DNA of 32,000 bases from Candidatus Kuenenia stuttgartensis (GCF_900232105.1 NZ_LT934425.1:2220001-2252000); one strand, 5' to 3'; positions 1 to 7,829 are shown, numbered from the stretch's first letter. The notes: a model not told the origin generated them from the letters alone. A program made the numbers and translations.

Positions 1-2
1 AG

Positions 3-209
3 AAGGATAGCCTGACAGATGAAGAGGCAAAAAAGGCGACCACGGCAGCAAGGGAGCTTTTAGTCCACGTCTCAAACTGTGACGGTTTGTCCATACTTTC
101 CGAAAGATTGAGTAAAAAGGAAGTTGATAATTTAAGCGAGAAACTTGCTGCCGCAAGAAAGGCAGGCGTACCTTTACTGGATTGGGCAGAAACCATAAGA
201 GGCAAATGA
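3..209 (+). CDS. C-terminal fragment of an unidentified protein (gene begins upstream of the window)
   Basis: Frame 3 is open from the window edge to TGA at 207-209 (...LSEKLAAARKAGVPLLDWAETIRGK*). The stop lies 8 nt before the next start. No family recognised. Confidence 0.4.
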   Translation, partial: KDSLTDEEAKKATTAARELLVHVSNCDGLSILSERLSKKEVDNLSEKLAAARKAGVPLLDWAETIRGK

Positions 210-217
210 AATAAACC

Positions 218-631
218 ATGGAGACAGATAAGAAAGGTTTGGCGATCATATTTCATAGCGGTTCTTACGACCGCATTTATCACGGTTTTTCCATAGTCCT
301 TGTAGCCCTGGCATTGGGCAGAGAGGTAAGGTGTTTTTTTACCTATTGGGCATTAGAATATCTGATAAAAGGAAAGTCTGTGTTCCAGCTTAATGAAGAG
401 GGACAGACTCACAGGAAGCTATTAGAAGCGCATATGAGAAAGGGCCATATTCAGGAAATATCTGAACTTTTAACTCAATCTAAGGCAATGGGTGCAAAGT
501 TTTATGTGTGTACCAATTCTATGGGCTTGTTAAATATATCGCGGGATGAAATTGTAAATGAGGTTGATAAGAGTATGGGGTTAACCACATTTCTCGCGGA
601 GACTGGTCAGGATCAAATCCTATTTATTTAA
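218..631 (+). CDS. DsrE/DsrF-like (DrsE_2-type) sulfur-relay/peroxiredoxin-like family protein
   Basis: 137-aa ORF. N-terminal pattern LAIIFHSGSYDRIYHGFSIVLVALALG and C-terminal FYVCTNSMGL resemble DsrE-like small proteins. Recognised by eye only. Confidence 0.5.
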   Translation: METDKKGLAIIFHSGSYDRIYHGFSIVLVALALGREVRCFFTYWALEYLIKGKSVFQLNEEGQTHRKLLEAHMRKGHIQEISELLTQSKAMGAKFYVCTNSMGLLNISRDEIVNEVDKSMGLTTFLAETGQDQILFI

Positions 632-703
632 TTTATGAAAGAAATAAAGATCATGGGTATCAACCATTGATATTGCACATATTTTTGAAAGGAGGTGTTT
701 ACT

Positions 704-1159
704 ATGAAGGATCGAATTAAAATCAACGATAGTGTCACATCGGCGAGTCAACCATCAGAAGAAGAAATTAAAAAACTACCGCAACAAGGATTTAAATCGG
801 TTGTCAATCTTCGGGCTTCCGGGGAAGAAGATCAGCCACTTTCTCCAAAAGAGGAGGGGGATCTGGTTAAAAAAACAGGGATGAAATACCTGCATATTCC
901 GGTATCAACTAAAGAAGAAATCAAGCCGGAGTTGGTTGATCGATTTCGAAAAGAAATAGAGCTTCTCCCGGCACCTGTTTTCGTACACTGCCATACGGGG
1001 AAGCGCGCCGGGGCGTTTACTATGATGTATCAGGCATTAAAAGAGGGAGTCACGGGTGAGGAAGCGATTCAGAAGGCAGAGTCTATGGGTTTTGCATGTG
1101 ATGTGCCGCAGTTAAAAGCGTTCTTCATAGACTATATTAATCAGCACGGGAAAGTGTAG
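704..1159 (+). CDS. DUF442 / beta-lactamase-hydrolase-like PTP-fold protein (CX5R P-loop)
   Basis: HCHTGKRAG matches the Cys-X5-Arg phosphatase/sulfurtransferase loop. VNLRASGEE...YLHIPVS is typical of DUF442. ATG at 704 sits 9 nt after GGAGG (691-695); the track's GTG at 695 lies inside the SD and is unlikely. Confidence 0.6.
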   Translation: MKDRIKINDSVTSASQPSEEEIKKLPQQGFKSVVNLRASGEEDQPLSPKEEGDLVKKTGMKYLHIPVSTKEEIKPELVDRFRKEIELLPAPVFVHCHTGKRAGAFTMMYQALKEGVTGEEAIQKAESMGFACDVPQLKAFFIDYINQHGKV

Positions 1160-1288
1160 TTATAGTGAAACGTTAATAGAAAGTAGTCATTGCGATGGTT
1201 AGCCCAAAGCAATCTTTAAAAACCTCTTTAATTAGTTTTTTTAATGAAAAGTTTTGAAAATCAAAGAATATAAGGAGAAGTTTTAAAA

Positions 1289-1447
1289 ATGGAAAGATAC
1301 AAATGTTTGGTTTGTGGATATATCTATGACCCCAGTTCTGGCGATCCTGACCATGGAATTGATCCTGGCACCAGCTTTCAAAATTTACCTGATGATTGGA
1401 CATGCCCTCCATGTGGCGCTCCAAAGGAACAGTTTGAACAAATTTAA
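1289..1447 (+). CDS. Rubredoxin (52 aa), not in the supplied ORF track
   Basis: Translation [52 protein letters not shown] has both CxxCG knuckles (CLVCG, CPPCG) and the canonical YxYD / DDWxCP spacing. AAGGAG lies upstream at 1272-1277. Confidence 0.9.
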   Translation: MERYKCLVCGYIYDPSSGDPDHGIDPGTSFQNLPDDWTCPPCGAPKEQFEQI

Positions 1448-1704
1448 AAGTTTTGGATAAATGACATATCAATGGAGACAGATGGGGGTAAAAAATTTCT
1501 GGATTGACCTGCTCAACTTCAACGGAGATTCACCTCAAGTCAAAAAACAAAAATGCCGCCGGAGTATCGTGTACGCTAGCACATTACCGCAAACACATGC
1601 CTCCGCGTACTATCTTCCTTTTCTGACAATGCACCCAGTGCACAGAGATCGTCTTTCTGTGCGGGTGCAAGTCTTATCGCTTCAACCCCCAAGGGAGGAA
1701 CATA

Positions 1705-1761
1705 GGGACACTTCCCATGTTTTTTTCACCAGATCAAGCAATAAATATGGGAAGTGTCCCC
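1705..1761. repeat. Hairpin repeat family B, copy 1 (gggacacttccca...tgggaagtgtcccc), inverted relative to copies 2 and 3
   Basis: 13-14 bp perfect stem. The loop (tcaccagatcaagcaataaat) is the reverse complement of the loops at 5279-5332 and 7596-7672. Confidence 0.85.
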
Positions 1762-1954
1762 TTAATCCCTTAATTCCCGAAGAAGCTCTTCTTTAGATAT
1801 CTTTGATTTCATAATAGCTACTTTCCGACTTATGACTTATAATCACTGATCAAGGTTTGACCCTCATTCCCCGTTTTTGGGAAATGTTTATTACTATTTT
1901 ATGGAATCAATTTAAACTATTTTCAGTAAATTATTGTATTGGTAACACAGAAAC

Positions 1955-2653
1955 ATGCATACACTTATTGAAGATAAATCATTTCGAAACAAATTATATG
2001 TCTTTAAAGACAGGAGAGAAGCAGGAAAACTCCTTTCGCAACAGCTCGTGGGACACAAAAACACCGATGCCATAGTGCTTGGCATACCTTCCGGAGGCGT
2101 CCCGGTAGCTGCAGAAATAGCAAATGCCCTTGTGCTTCCCCTTGACTTACTCATTGTGCGAAAGGTACAGATACCCTATAACACAGAATCCGGATTTGGC
2201 GCTGTCAGCCCTGATAACATGGTATTATTGAATGAAAAACTCTTCAGCAAACTCAACTTATCTGCAGAAGAGGTTAAACGACAGATTCAAAGAACTAGAG
2301 AAACAATCAAAAAGAGAAACGATCTCTTTAGAAAAGGCGTGCCATTTCCTTCCGTAAAAAACAAGGTCGCAATTATTGTAGACGATGGATTGGCGTCCGG
2401 TTATACCATGCTTTCCGCCATTGCATTTATAAAAAGACATGAACCTCAAAAGGTTGTAGTTGCCGTTCCAACAGGATCAAAAGAAACGGTTGATGACGTT
2501 CTGTCTCAGGTTGATGAACTTGTTTGCCTTAACGTGAGAAGCGGTTTTGTTTTCGCCGTGGCAGACGCCTATGAGAACTGGCATGATTTGGATGATGATG
2601 AAGTACTATCTTTCTTAAAAAATTTCAACGAATCAGGGACAAGCAATGACTGA
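1955..2653 (+). CDS. Phosphoribosyltransferase family protein
   Basis: 232 aa. PRPP-binding loop VAIIVDDGLASGYTM and N-terminal FKDRREAGKLL...GIPSGGVPVA are typical of the putative PRTase family. Confidence 0.75.
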   Translation: MHTLIEDKSFRNKLYVFKDRREAGKLLSQQLVGHKNTDAIVLGIPSGGVPVAAEIANALVLPLDLLIVRKVQIPYNTESGFGAVSPDNMVLLNEKLFSKLNLSAEEVKRQIQRTRETIKKRNDLFRKGVPFPSVKNKVAIIVDDGLASGYTMLSAIAFIKRHEPQKVVVAVPTGSKETVDDVLSQVDELVCLNVRSGFVFAVADAYENWHDLDDDEVLSFLKNFNESGTSND

Positions 2654-2727
2654 TTATTGAAAGATTTTTTTTAGAACCTTTAAGATATTACGATTTATCA
2701 TTATTGAAAGGAAGGTAAACATAAATA

Positions 2728-2982
2728 ATGATTCCCATTCATGAACTGCTGAACAAAATACTTTGGAACAGCGAATTTGGGAAAGGTACTTTTGAAATCG
2801 GTTACTTTGACCGCGTTGCACAGAAAATCATGAGGGTCCCCTTTAAAAATATCCTTTTAGAAAAAGGAAACCACGCTACCTTCCAGTTGATGGACGCTAA
2901 TGGAGAATTATTAACAATTCCTTTTCACCGTGTGAGGGAGGTCTATAAGGACGGAGAACTGATCTGGAACAGGCCACATTGA
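2728..2982 (+). CDS. DUF504 (UPF0248-like) small protein
   Basis: 84 aa. ILWNSEF...IGYFDRV...IPFHRVREVYKDGELIWNR matches my recollection of the DUF504 pattern. GAAAGGAAGG lies upstream. Confidence 0.55.
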   Translation: MIPIHELLNKILWNSEFGKGTFEIGYFDRVAQKIMRVPFKNILLEKGNHATFQLMDANGELLTIPFHRVREVYKDGELIWNRPH

Positions 2983-3060
2983 ATCGTTTATCTTTTACGC
3001 CTGCCCGGTGAAGTGGCCTCTTTTCCTTGTTTATATGTGTTTGCCAAATTATTATCTATT

Positions 3061-3113
3061 GCAGACCATATTTATTCCAGACCAGCATTGTCAATAGATA
3101 AGGCTTGACCCCA
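3061..3113. repeat. Dispersed repeat family A, short copy (gcagaccatatttattccagaccagcattgtcaatagataagg..tgaccccatc)
   Basis: Near-identical to the 3' halves of the copies at 4249-4360 and 7675-7793. Confidence 0.85.
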
Positions 3114-3120
3114 TCGATTA

Positions 3121-3278
3121 AGCTCCGTAGGAGCGGCCTGTTTGTAACAAAATAGGATATTATAACAGATCGTAGAGACAGGTTTGAAACCTGTCTCTGC
3201 AATTAGGAGCGACCTGTCTCTTGTAAATCCATATTAAACAGGTCTGCCTGAATATGGACAGGCCGCTCCTACGGAGCT
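3121..3278. repeat. Nested palindromic element: 21-bp perfect outer inverted repeat enclosing inner hairpins
   Basis: agctccgtaggagcggcctgt (3121-3141) is the exact reverse complement of acaggccgctcctacggagct (3258-3278). An inner perfect palindrome agagacaggtttgaaacctgtctct lies at 3174-3198. Confidence 0.85.
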
Positions 3279-3354
3279 ATTTACTCTATTGAATTTTATT
3301 GTGCTACAAACAGACCGCCCCTAACGGGGCTACATGGTATTTTTTCTATACCGG

Positions 3355-3385
3355 GAATTTTTCAAAAAACTAAAGTGTTACGAAA
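3355..3385 (+). repeat. Dispersed repeat family C, copy 1 (gaatttttcaaaaaactaaagtgttacgaaa)
   Basis: Seven copies in the window: 3355, 3984(rc), 4111, 14958(rc), 15100, 15805(rc), 20162. Confidence 0.85.
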
Positions 3386-3491
3386 CCCGTGGTTTCAGTC
3401 TGATTGAGTATACATCACTTTGCTCTGTAGCTTCACCACGCGCATAAGAGCCAAATACAATTACCCGTTCAGAATCGGCGACAATGGCCAT
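3378..3491 (-). pseudogene. Remnant of a nucleotidyltransferase (MNT/antitoxin-type) N-terminus, truncated by repeat C1
   Basis: Minus-strand translation MAIVADSERVIVFGSYARGEATEQSDVYSIRLKPRVS* carries the hGSxxRGE-x5-SD signature. It loses similarity and ends in a stop inside repeat C1. Confidence 0.4.
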
Positions 3492-3585
3492 ATTTTTTGT
3501 GACTCGTCTTATTTCATCTTTATTAACAATGAGGTGTACCCCGTTGTCAAGATGGCTTCAAGTAAAACCTGACGGTGAAGAATTC

Positions 3586-3987
3586 ATGAAGCGGCTACAA
3601 ACCGAAGGTTCTAAGGTTAAAGTTGAATTTCTGATATCGTCTTACGATATACCAGAGGCTGTGCGTGGTTCCTATAACAAAGAGAAGTACCGATTTGTTA
3701 TTGAATTTAAATATATAGGCGACGAACCAACGAAAGCAGAACCGCAAGATAATTACGTTACATTTGTAATTGGCAAAAATAGTAGTCGGTTATATAGAAT
3801 TGAAATTGGCGTTAAAGCATTAAGGGTAGAAAAGGTTGAATTGCGAATGAAAATAAAAGATAAAGGCAAAAAAACACTCAACAACCTCATTCAGAAACCA
3901 ATAAATAGGCTTAGACAGGATAATTACCGGCTCACACAGAAGGCTTTATCTGAAATAGAAGATGAGCTTTACTCACCTTTGTTGTAA
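3586..3987 (+). CDS. Hypothetical protein (133 aa from the ATG at 3586)
   Basis: ORF 3484-3987. The first 34 codons overlap the opposite-strand remnant and look non-coding, so the ATG at 3586 (MKRLQTEGSK...) is preferred. No family recognised. The stop codon lies inside repeat C2. Confidence 0.4.
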   Translation: MKRLQTEGSKVKVEFLISSYDIPEAVRGSYNKEKYRFVIEFKYIGDEPTKAEPQDNYVTFVIGKNSSRLYRIEIGVKALRVEKVELRMKIKDKGKKTLNNLIQKPINRLRQDNYRLTQKALSEIEDELYSPLL

Positions 3988-4135
3988 CACTTTGGTTTTT
4001 CGAAAAATTCCAATACTAGCGCTGTTTGCCGCACAGTGTAGGGGCGAAGCATTTGCTATAAATTGTCATAAATGTGTTCATACCCAAACGGGCAAATGCA
4101 TCGCCCATACTTTTTCAAAAAACTAAAATGCTACC
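3984..4135. repeat. Composite: repeat C2 (rc, 3984-4011), 19-bp-stem hairpin (4038-4056 / 4092-4110), repeat C3 (4111-4135)
   Basis: gtaggggcgaagcatttgc pairs with gcaaatgcatcgcccatac (2 mismatches in 19). The flanking C copies face each other in inverted orientation. Confidence 0.8.
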
Positions 4136-4248
4136 CTCTGTTGGAAATATCTCATAGAAGGCAATTCAGATTATAAGCTCCCGCGAACTCAACTTGGAAA
4201 ATTGCAAATTCCTGGTAATTTCGGAAATACCTTACTTGATTCTACGAA

Positions 4249-4360
4249 CTAAAATTAGGTATGATGTCGCTTGAATTCAAGTCTGGCAATGATTTTTGGA
4301 AAAGAGTTGCAGACCATATTTATTCCAGACCAGCATTGTAAATAGATACGGTGACCCCAT
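4249..4360. repeat. Dispersed repeat family A, full-length copy
   Basis: ctaaaattaggtatgatgtcgcttgaattcaagtctggcaatgatttttggaaaagagttgcagaccatatttattccagaccagcattgtaaatagatacggtgaccccat. About 90% identical by eye to 7675-7793. Confidence 0.85.
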
Positions 4361-4498
4361 GACCCTTTATGCAAATCTCATGTTCTCATCAGTATAACTG
4401 AAATTTAACAGCGAATTACTGTAAAGCCGTTAAGCGGAAGAAAAAGAGAAATAAGTATTGCACAATCATCCTTAATGTGGGATATTTGATGCGAATGT

Positions 4499-4858
4499 AT
4501 GACTTGGAAAAGCGAGATGTTAAAATCTATTATTTGGATAGGTTCTTCATTGAAAGACTTGAAAGAATTTCCAAAAGAAGTACAAAGAGAATTTGGGTAT
4601 GCATTATATCAGGCACAGATGAATAAAAAGCATCACAGAACGAATCCACTAAAAGGTTTCGATGGTGTTATGGAAATTGTCAGTGATTAGGATAAAGATA
4701 CCTACAGAGGAATATATACTTATAAACTGGGAGTGAATATTTACGTGCTCCATACTTTCAAAAAGAAATCCAAAAAGGGCATAAAGACTCCGAAAGAAGA
4801 AATCGAGGTCATAAAGCAACGATTAAAAAGAGCGAAAGAAATAGCCGAAGGAAAATAA
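4499..4858 (+). pseudogene. RelE/HigB-type (phage Gp49-like) toxin gene interrupted by an in-frame TAG at 4688-4690
   Basis: The frame reads ...NPLKGFDGVMEIVSD*DKDTYRGIYTYKLGVNIYVLHTFKKKSKKGIKTPKEEIEVIKQRLKRAKEIAEGK*. Both halves match the Gp49/HigB pattern (YR..Y, VLH.F.KKS.K.P). The total of 120 codons is in one frame. The likely true start is the ATG at 4517 (MLKSIIW). Confidence 0.7.
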
Positions 4859-4859
4859 G

Positions 4860-5186
4860 ATGAAAGAAGATTATATCGTCGGTTCAGGAAACGTATTTAA
4901 TGATTTAGACTTTGAAAATCCGGAAGAAGAATTAGCTAAAGCAAGATTGGCTTCAATTATTAATGATATAATTGAGGAAAGAGGACTTTCCCAGGAGCAA
5001 GCCGGAAAAATTCTTGGAGTAAATCAACCGAAAATATCTGCTCTAAAAAATGGGAGATTAAAGGGTTTTTCTATGGAACGGTTATTTTCTTTTCTAGAAA
5101 AATTAGATCAACACATAGAAATAACCATTACCGATAAATCTAAAGTTAAAGCGAAGCGTAGTATTGAAGTCGCATATATACATTGA
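4860..5186 (+). CDS. XRE-family HTH antitoxin (HigA-like)
   Basis: 108 aa. GLSQEQAGKILGVNQPKISALKNGRLKGFSMERLFSFL is a classic HTH_37/XRE motif. The ATG lies 1 nt after the toxin stop. Confidence 0.8.
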   Translation: MKEDYIVGSGNVFNDLDFENPEEELAKARLASIINDIIEERGLSQEQAGKILGVNQPKISALKNGRLKGFSMERLFSFLEKLDQHIEITITDKSKVKAKRSIEVAYIH

Positions 5187-5278
5187 TCTTGTTCGTTTTA
5201 AAGGGTTACACATTCCTTTATCTTAAGTTTGATAGGGCAGGCAGTCACATCTGGGTCAGTCACACAATCAGATAATCA

Positions 5279-5332
5279 GGGGACACTTCCCATATTGCTT
5301 GCTTGATCTTGGGAAAATAAGGGAAGTGTCCC
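5279..5332. repeat. Hairpin repeat family B, copy 2
   Basis: ggggacacttcccatattgcttgcttgatcttgggaaaataagggaagtgtccc. It lies between convergent genes and could double as a bidirectional terminator. Confidence 0.8.
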
Positions 5333-5386
5333 TATATTTCCCTGAATAATAGTTGAATAATGAATGCCTGACCATCTGTCTCATGT

Positions 5387-5623
5387 TCACGACAAGACTA
5401 CTTCAGATTTTTCTCCGGTTGCTTCGTTAATTACGAAGAGCTTGCCGGCATCTTCCTTTTTCAACTGTTCGTTGGCGTTAAGTAATTCAATCCCATAAAT
5501 GGTACCGTCAGGAGCTATGTCTATGTTAATCTCTTCCCCTACCTTTATTGTCTCCACTCCTGTTGTTTTCTCATGCAACCTTATATAAGCTATGTTGTAT
5601 CTCGGATCATAGGTTAGTCTCAT
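5387..5623 (-). CDS. DUF2283 family protein (putative antitoxin partner of DUF4258)
   Basis: MRLTYDPRYNIAYIRL...IDIAPDGTIYGIELLNA matches the DUF2283 pattern (YD.e.D..YI ... D.dG...GIE.l.a). Confidence 0.7.
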   Translation of the reverse strand: MRLTYDPRYNIAYIRLHEKTTGVETIKVGEEINIDIAPDGTIYGIELLNANEQLKKEDAGKLFVINEATGEKSEVVLS

Positions 5624-5638
5624 TTTCTTCCCTCCTTC

Positions 5639-5887
5639 CTAAAAATATTTGGTTATTACTGTAACAACTATCCAGTCGTTATTTTCTTTTACGGCAATTG
5701 CTTCAATCTGTTTTGTTGCATACTGCATCTCACGCCAAATACCGTCAAAATGAAAGTTTCTTCTGAAACCTGTCCTGCCAAATTTTGCCAGAAAAGTTTC
5801 GCCTCTTTCAACAGTTGCGACAACCTCATCTTCTGTTGCTCCACGCGCAGTCATTCGCTCTCTTGCATGCGGATGAAGTTTTATCAC
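5639..5887 (-). CDS. DUF4258 family protein (putative toxin)
   Basis: MIKLHPHARERMTARGATEDEVVATVERGE...VVTVITKYF fits the DUF4258 pattern. It lies 15 nt upstream of its DUF2283 partner. Confidence 0.65.
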   Translation of the reverse strand: MIKLHPHARERMTARGATEDEVVATVERGETFLAKFGRTGFRRNFHFDGIWREMQYATKQIEAIAVKENNDWIVVTVITKYF

Positions 5888-5948
5888 TGTTCATTCTCCT
5901 TTTTCCCAGATTCTTATTTACGTAATTATACGACATTTTCTTTCCAAT

Positions 5949-6078
5949 GCGGGTTCAGGTTTGCAACTCAATGCTATTAAGTTAAGAATTATTTGGTTAA
6001 AACAACCCCCTAAATCCCCCTTTTCTAAGGGGGACTTGAGGAATTCCCCCTTAATAAATGGGGTTAGGGGGTTGTTTT
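5949..6078. repeat. Half copy of hairpin family D (gcgggttcaggtttgcaac) followed by G/C-run palindromic repeat family E, copy 1
   Basis: Outer inverted repeat aaaacaaccccctaa (5999-6013) / ttagggggttgtttt (6064-6078). Inner hairpin tccccctttt-c-taaggggga. Related copies at 14327-14389 and 19826-19888. Confidence 0.8.
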
Positions 6079-6383
6079 GCCAGCATTTATTGTGTATTCA
6101 AAAAGTCGTTGCCGAAGGCAGCCTGATTTAAATGTTTTTAAAGTACAACCTTGCCTTGATTCTTTCTAAAGAAATTGGTGGTTCAAAGATTTTTATGGGA
6201 TCAAAAGCTATGGCGAACCAGTTTGTATCTTTAGTTGCAGGGCATTGATAGGGTGGTTTTGAAAATTGCATTATGCCAAATACATTTTTGCCTGTAATTG
6301 AAATATGAAGGCCGGACCCTGAACTCTCTCTTGATCCACCCTACCGCAAAACCTGCTTAAATAAAATGAAAATTCCTATACTA

Positions 6384-7412
6384 TCAAGCTATAGCTTCGT
6401 CTATAGCGTCTTTTGCTTTGATAATTGCCTGCGCAAGCCGAGGAAGTGTTTTTTCTTTATCTGCATGTACAGAAGCCTTTGATGAAGCATTAATTTCACC
6501 AATTAACATATATGCTTTACTTATTTTTATGTCTTTATTGCTGATTACATACTTATATTGATTCCAAGAGGTGTCTGAAAGATAAATAAAATAATCATTC
6601 TCTAAATCTTTAGTTAATCTTGTTACTTTAATGTTTGGGGAATGCGCTGGATAAGCAGCTTCTATAAGCAAACGGTTAAGTCTTTTTATGAAATATTTCT
6701 CTAATTCGTTTAATTCGGCGGCTGATTTTTTTCTGTAGTCATTCGTATGGTTAACTAATCCTTCTGTTTCTTCTGAGAGCTTAAACGCAGGTATTCTTTT
6801 TTTAAAAATATCATCATAGAGCATAGGTTTACACAAAAGTTTGTTTAGCTCTTTATCAACTACTACTATCTCATCAATTCTATTTGCTTTTAAATCTTTA
6901 TTAATTTCTTTACAGAGATTTTCTAGACTTACGTTTTTAAATTCATCGTCGTTATGAAAGTCAAAATTGATAGCATTATCAATGCCTTTTTCTGATAAAT
7001 TTTTTGTTAGTTTTCGTAAATCGTTTTCTAATAATTCTTCAAAAATATTTTTATATTTTTCGGTTAAATAGTTTTTATTATTCTCTAATTCTTTTTTTAT
7101 CGTTTTTCTCCTTTTTCTATCAGTACGGAAGGACGTAAGCCAAGAACCAGCTAATGCGAGAATAGCTCCAACAAACATATTGATTAAAGAAAGTATAAAA
7201 TCAAACACCCTCTTCTTATTACGTTCGTAACAAAGTACTACTTTTTTTGCCTCTTTCCTGAAGATATTTTCGTTATTTTTATCTTTTTCGATAGAGACGT
7301 TATTGTTGCTTATTAAAGAGGTGGTACTTTCATGAGCGAATAAATTTAAAGCGATACTTATTAAGATGATGAATACTAATATGATATTTTTAGAAATGCC
7401 AAAGATTTTCAT
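6384..7412 (-). CDS. Hypothetical membrane protein with two predicted TM helices and a Lys/Glu-rich, probably coiled-coil, body
   Basis: 342 aa. Hydrophobic stretches IILVFIILISIALNLF and FDFILSLINMFVGAILALAGSWL. Very AT-rich like the neighbouring pAgo and SIR2 genes. No family recognised. Confidence 0.6.
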   Translation of the reverse strand: MKIFGISKNIILVFIILISIALNLFAHESTTSLISNNNVSIEKDKNNENIFRKEAKKVVLCYERNKKRVFDFILSLINMFVGAILALAGSWLTSFRTDRKRRKTIKKELENNKNYLTEKYKNIFEELLENDLRKLTKNLSEKGIDNAINFDFHNDDEFKNVSLENLCKEINKDLKANRIDEIVVVDKELNKLLCKPMLYDDIFKKRIPAFKLSEETEGLVNHTNDYRKKSAAELNELEKYFIKRLNRLLIEAAYPAHSPNIKVTRLTKDLENDYFIYLSDTSWNQYKYVISNKDIKISKAYMLIGEINASSKASVHADKEKTLPRLAQAIIKAKDAIDEAIA

Positions 7413-7595
7413 TTCGCTTACATGTCCTATTAAAAAAACCTTCCTTTACGCCTTGCAATAGGATACTTGTAACAAAAGTTGTAAAATTTGCAAGTTTTTT
7501 AAAGTTGTGGACAGAGGGTCGGAGGGTCAGTACTATTGTTCAGAATTTAAATATGAAGGAGACCCCATGCCTAAGCGCTGAGGCATCATAGTCAA

Positions 7596-7672
7596 GGGAT
7601 AATCAGGGGACACTTCCCATATTTCTTGCTCGATCTGGTGGAAAATATGGGAAGTGTCCCCTGATTATTCCC
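7596..7672. repeat. Hairpin repeat family B, copy 3 (extended stem gggataatcaggggacacttccca...tgggaagtgtcccctgattattccc)
   Basis: Longest and most symmetrical copy. It directly abuts repeat A3. Confidence 0.85.
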
Positions 7673-7674
7673 GG

Positions 7675-7793
7675 CTAAAATTAGGCATGATGTCGCTTGA
7701 ATTCAGGTCTGGCAATGATTTTTGTAAAAGAGTCGCAGACCATATTTATTCTAGACCAGCATTGTAAATGTCAATAGATAAGGTGACCCCATC
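7675..7793. repeat. Dispersed repeat family A, full-length copy
   Basis: Aligns end to end with 4249-4360. It contains both the gtaaat and gtcaatagataagg variants seen separately in copies A2 and A1. Confidence 0.85.
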
Positions 7794-7829
7794 AACTATC
7801 TCAAAGGTCCGACGCTGCTGGCTGCGTTA

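Noticed and set aside
1173-1796. Track ORFs 1173-1472 (-) and 1461-1796 (+)
   Set aside because: The first is antisense to a textbook rubredoxin gene. The second runs through non-coding sequence and hairpin repeat B1. Neither has a plausible RBS or any recognisable family features.
1857-2449. Small ORFs 1857-2075 (+), 1912-2154 (-), 2258-2449 (-)
   Set aside because: They overlap or lie antisense to the well-supported phosphoribosyltransferase gene (1955-2653) and have low-complexity translations.
5750-5980. ORF 5750-5980 (+)
   Set aside because: It is antisense to the DUF4258 gene, Cys/Ser/Phe-rich, and runs into repeat D1.
6132-6248. 38-codon plus-strand ORF (MFLKYNLALILSKEIGG...) between repeat E1 and the TM-protein gene
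   Set aside because: It has no RBS and no recognisable features, and the region is otherwise repeat-like. Evidence is insufficient to call a gene.
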